This document shows, in pieces, positions 61,100-64,000 of a DNA stretch of 64,000 bases; the first letter of the stretch is position 1, and every line of letters begins with the position of its first letter. The stretch spans positions 179,280,080 through 179,344,079 of the forward strand of contig NC_092376.1 in NCBI RefSeq assembly GCF_030028105.1, written 5' to 3'. The stretch comes from Mobula birostris. Its lineage: Eukaryota. Under the pieces are notes generated by a model. It saw nothing but the letters and a program-made list of their open reading frames with translations. It had not been told where the DNA came from and did no database searches. The position numbers and the translations under genes were made by a program.

Positions 61100-62516
61100 C
61101 AAGGGTCCCCAACCTTTTTTGCACCGCGGACCGGTTTAATATTCACAATATTCTTGCGGACCGGCCGACCGCGGGGAACGGGGGGTATTCAAGTGGGGTT
61201 AAACTCACCTCAGCATGTATTTTACAGTTAGGGTTGCCAACTTTCTCACTCCCAAATAGGGGACAAAAGTAGCAGTCAAATACGGGACATGGCGAGTACA
61301 TGGCGTTTAACTGCGACGAAGGTACTCTCATGACCATAGAGAAAGATACCATTAAGAAAGTCTTTGACTACAAGTACCTCGGGTCAAGAATGATGAGTTC
61401 GGAGAAGGACATAAAGATACTGAAGGCGCTGGCGTGGAGGGCTATGAATGACATGAAGGAAATCTAGAAGTCGAACCTGACCAGAGGGCTTAAAAAGAGG
61501 ATTTTCATAGGAGTCGTAGAGTCCACTCGCACGTACGTATGCGAGACGTGGACACTCACCAAGACGATACGAAAGTCTCTAGATGGTTGCTATACACGAA
61601 TCCTCCGGATGGCTCTTGATGTGAGTTAGCAACAACACATGACGAATGTTGAGCTCTATAACAACCTAACGATGCTCTCCACTAAAATCGAAGCGAGAAG
61701 ACTGCAACTAGCGGGGCACTGTCTACGCCACCCCGAGCTACCTGCCAGCCTAGTCATTATATGGGAGCCCAAGCATGGGAGGATGAACCCTGGGCGCCCT
61801 CCCAAGACTATGGTCAACACGCTCCTAGAAGTCAGCGGTGCGGCTAATGTAGATGAACCGAACACACTGATGAGGGCGAGGGAGAAGTGGAGAGTCCGTC
61901 ATCCTGCCCTATGCCGGCCCCCTAGGCCTGAGTCGACGTAATAGTAGTAATGTGTTTACCCCTAGAAAGACTACCATAACCATGAAGCCTTGCGCGGGCA
62001 CCTGTGTGCGGATGCGTGACGTGCGCATATGTGACGTGCGCATGCGAGTACGTGCCGATTTCCCCCCTCCAAAATCGGTTTTGGCTTAATCTTCTCGATT
62101 ACACTGTACATACATTATTTCTACTTTATATCGGCTGTGTATTTATCATATAATTCCTGCTTTTGATATATGTTAGTGTTATTTTAGGTTTTATGTGTTA
62201 TTTGGTATGATTTGGTAGGTTATTTTTGGGTCTGGGAACGCTCAAAAATTTTTCCCATATAAATTAATGGTAATTGCTTCTTCGCGTTACGCCATTTCGA
62301 CACGAATGGTTTCATAAGAATGCTTTACCTTAGCGGGGGAAATACCAGGCAAGGGCGGTCCCGTATGGGACAAACCAATTCAGCCCTATATACGGTATAT
62401 CCCAGCAAATCCCGGCAAAAACCCTATCTTCAAGTTCAACAGTGCGTGACAGGGAATGAAGAAATGTGCAGCTGACTCATATCGTTTCCTCGCGGCCCGG
62501 TGGTTGGGGACCGCTG
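61100..62516. mobile_element. Non-autonomous hAT-like (Charlie-type TIR) element with nested inserts
   Basis: TIRs CAAGGGTCCCCAACC and GGTTGGGGACCGCTG (13/15). Flanking 8-mers GTGAAGGG and GCGTAGGG (6/8) fit a decayed 8-bp TSD. Confidence 0.75.
61290..61950 (+). mobile_element. RTE-clade LINE 3' fragment
   Basis: Translates as DYKYLGS...YVCETWTLTK...RILRMAL and, in ORF 61639-61941, RRLQLAGHCLRH...GRPPKT. Short TAA/TAG repeat tail. Confidence 0.8.
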
Positions 62517-62885
62517 GCGTAGGGTACCGAGGAGTACGGAAGAAAAGGGGGATTTGCAAATACAGATCCTTAATTCTTTGAAAGGAGCGGCACAGGAAGA
62601 GAAGGTCCTAATGAAACTCGAAATGAACGCATATATACAGATCAATACGTGTCCAATAGCGCACGCCCAATGTCGTGTTTCTAAGACATAAAATAGTCCC
62701 ATATTATACAGTAGGCTATATGGTACACTCCTCCCCTTTTATTTTAAAAGTGTATCAACTGTTTTTTTTTTAAGTTAACAGGGGCACTACGCTAAACAAA
62801 TACTGTATGTGTACCCCTAATATACAAACGCCCACCAGCTGTTTAATTAGTAACTTAATAATATGAAATTATAACAAAGTATAAC

Positions 62886-63395
62886 GAGGCGAGACGAGGC
62901 TGCAGGCAGGAGACTTGAGGCGAGGCGAGGCTGCAGACAGGAGACTTGCGGCGAGGCGAGGCTGCAGACAGGAGACAGGAAACTTGAGGCGAGGCGAGGC
63001 TGGAGAGCGGAGACAGGAGACTTGAGGCGAGGCGAGGCTGGAGGCTGGAGACAGGAGACTTGAGGCGAGGCGAGCCTGGAGACAGGAGACTTGAGGCGAG
63101 GCGAGCCTGGAGACAGGAGACTTGGCTCCTCCGGGGCAGGGCGCGGTTCACCTGGGCAGGGTGCGGATCTCCTGGGCAGGGCGCGGATCTCCTGGGCAGG
63201 GCGCGGATCTCCTGGGCAGGGCGCAGTTCACCACCCAACAGAGGCAAGGGACAGGAAGGGGCAGAACCACCCCAGGTAACGGCGAGACGGCCTGGCTTAC
63301 CTGGGCGGAGGCAAGGGACAGGAGGGGACAGAACCAACCCCAGGTAATGGCGAGACGGCCTGGCTTACCTGGACAGAGGCAAGGGACAGGAAGGG
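62886..63395. repeat. Three adjacent GC-rich minisatellite arrays (~31-nt, 20-nt and ~68-nt units)
   Basis: AGGAGACTTGAGGCGAGGCGAGGCTGCAGAC-like units (62886-63123), CCTGGGCAGGGCGCGGATCT units (~63130-63225), and ~68-nt units (~63240-63395). Confidence 0.9.
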
Positions 63396-63702
63396 AGCTA
63401 AGAACAGGGTGACTCCAGCACAAAACTGCAGGCAAGGCGAGGCGAGGGTTTCCAGCAAGACAAGGTAAGGGTTTCAGGAGAGGAAACAGAAGGCAGACAA
63501 GGGATACAAGGAATAAGGACAAGAACAATCCAGCAACCACACCCTGATCTCCGGAGGTATTTATACAGCCAGCCCCAATTAGCATCAGCTGCCTCAATTA
63601 GCTCAACAAGGACAGAAACAGGGTAGAAAGGAAAACCTGGAGCAAGGGTCGATGGACCGGATCGTGAACCGGAATACGGACTTTACGGACCGGACTATGA
63701 CA

Positions 63703-64000
63703 GCAAGGTGTTGTTGAGTTTTTCACCTGAGCATCCAGGACTTGATCCACATGATGTCTCCATACATTGTCTCCCACCTGTACTCTACACATCAGTGTCC
63801 CGTCTATGGCGGAAATTATACCCGGCTGCCACTTTTCAGTCCGGCAAGAACTGGCTGTCCCACATTGAAGCTTCGCATTGACTTAACATTCAAAAGTTTG
63901 AAGTGTCTGTTCTCTACATCACGCCGTACATTTGGTTTGAGAAGATCCATGCAGGACGTCAGGTGGCTCTTCAGAAACATCATCGCTGGAGTCTGGTTAG
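63703..64000 (-). mobile_element. Gypsy LTR-retrotransposon integrase C-terminal fragment
   Basis: Minus strand reads NQTPAMMFLKSHLTSCMDLLKP and VQVGDNVWRHHVDQV, resembling the SPAELLMGRxLRTxLDLLxP and WRRHxDQL motifs of Gypsy pol. Confidence 0.65.

Larger units (their letters stand above)
60250..62610 (+). mobile_element. Degenerate CR1 (60250-61099 plus 62517-62610) split by a hAT composite
   Basis: ORFs 60403-60717 and 60833-61018 resemble the CR1 at 37247; similarity resumes after 62516. Confidence 0.75.

Noticed and set aside
62855-63597. Overlapping ORFs of 62-160 aa
   Set aside because: Low-complexity translations of GC-rich minisatellites.

Overview
Vertebrate genomic DNA, most likely from a cartilaginous fish, probably a ray. 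That assignment is inferred from the CR1/Rex1/Penelope repeat content and protocadherin style and is not proven. The window is part of a clustered protocadherin (cPcdh) locus. It holds five intact ~2.45-kb variable exons on the + strand, each encoding signal peptide, EC1-EC6, TM and variable cytoplasmic segment. Each has its own conserved CGCT-box (CSE) promoter and a phase-0 GTRAGT splice donor. A sixth, heavily decayed variable exon at ~5.7-8.3 kb still keeps an almost perfect CSE. No constant exons were recognised. The spacers are packed with mobile elements: Tc1, many often-nested CR1 LINEs, Rex1/Babar, RTE, a tRNA-SINE, solo LTRs, a hAT composite, a Gypsy fragment and Penelope-like (PLE) relics. 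Main observations not shown by the ORF track: (1) eight dispersed PLE-derived copies of a minimal type-I hammerhead ribozyme motif with a loopless ACGU stem III, some in head-to-head palindromes; (2) a 43-nt invariant promoter block in all five genes, kept at 35/36 nt in the pseudogene; (3) a conserved upstream ATG inside a YY1-like motif that opens a 24-codon uORF in three genes; (4) domain-restricted homogenisation and a mosaic fifth paralogue; (5) inverted near-identical CR1 copies bracketing two variable exons; (6) a SINE and its probable RTE partner sharing a 3' end. All alignments were done by eye.
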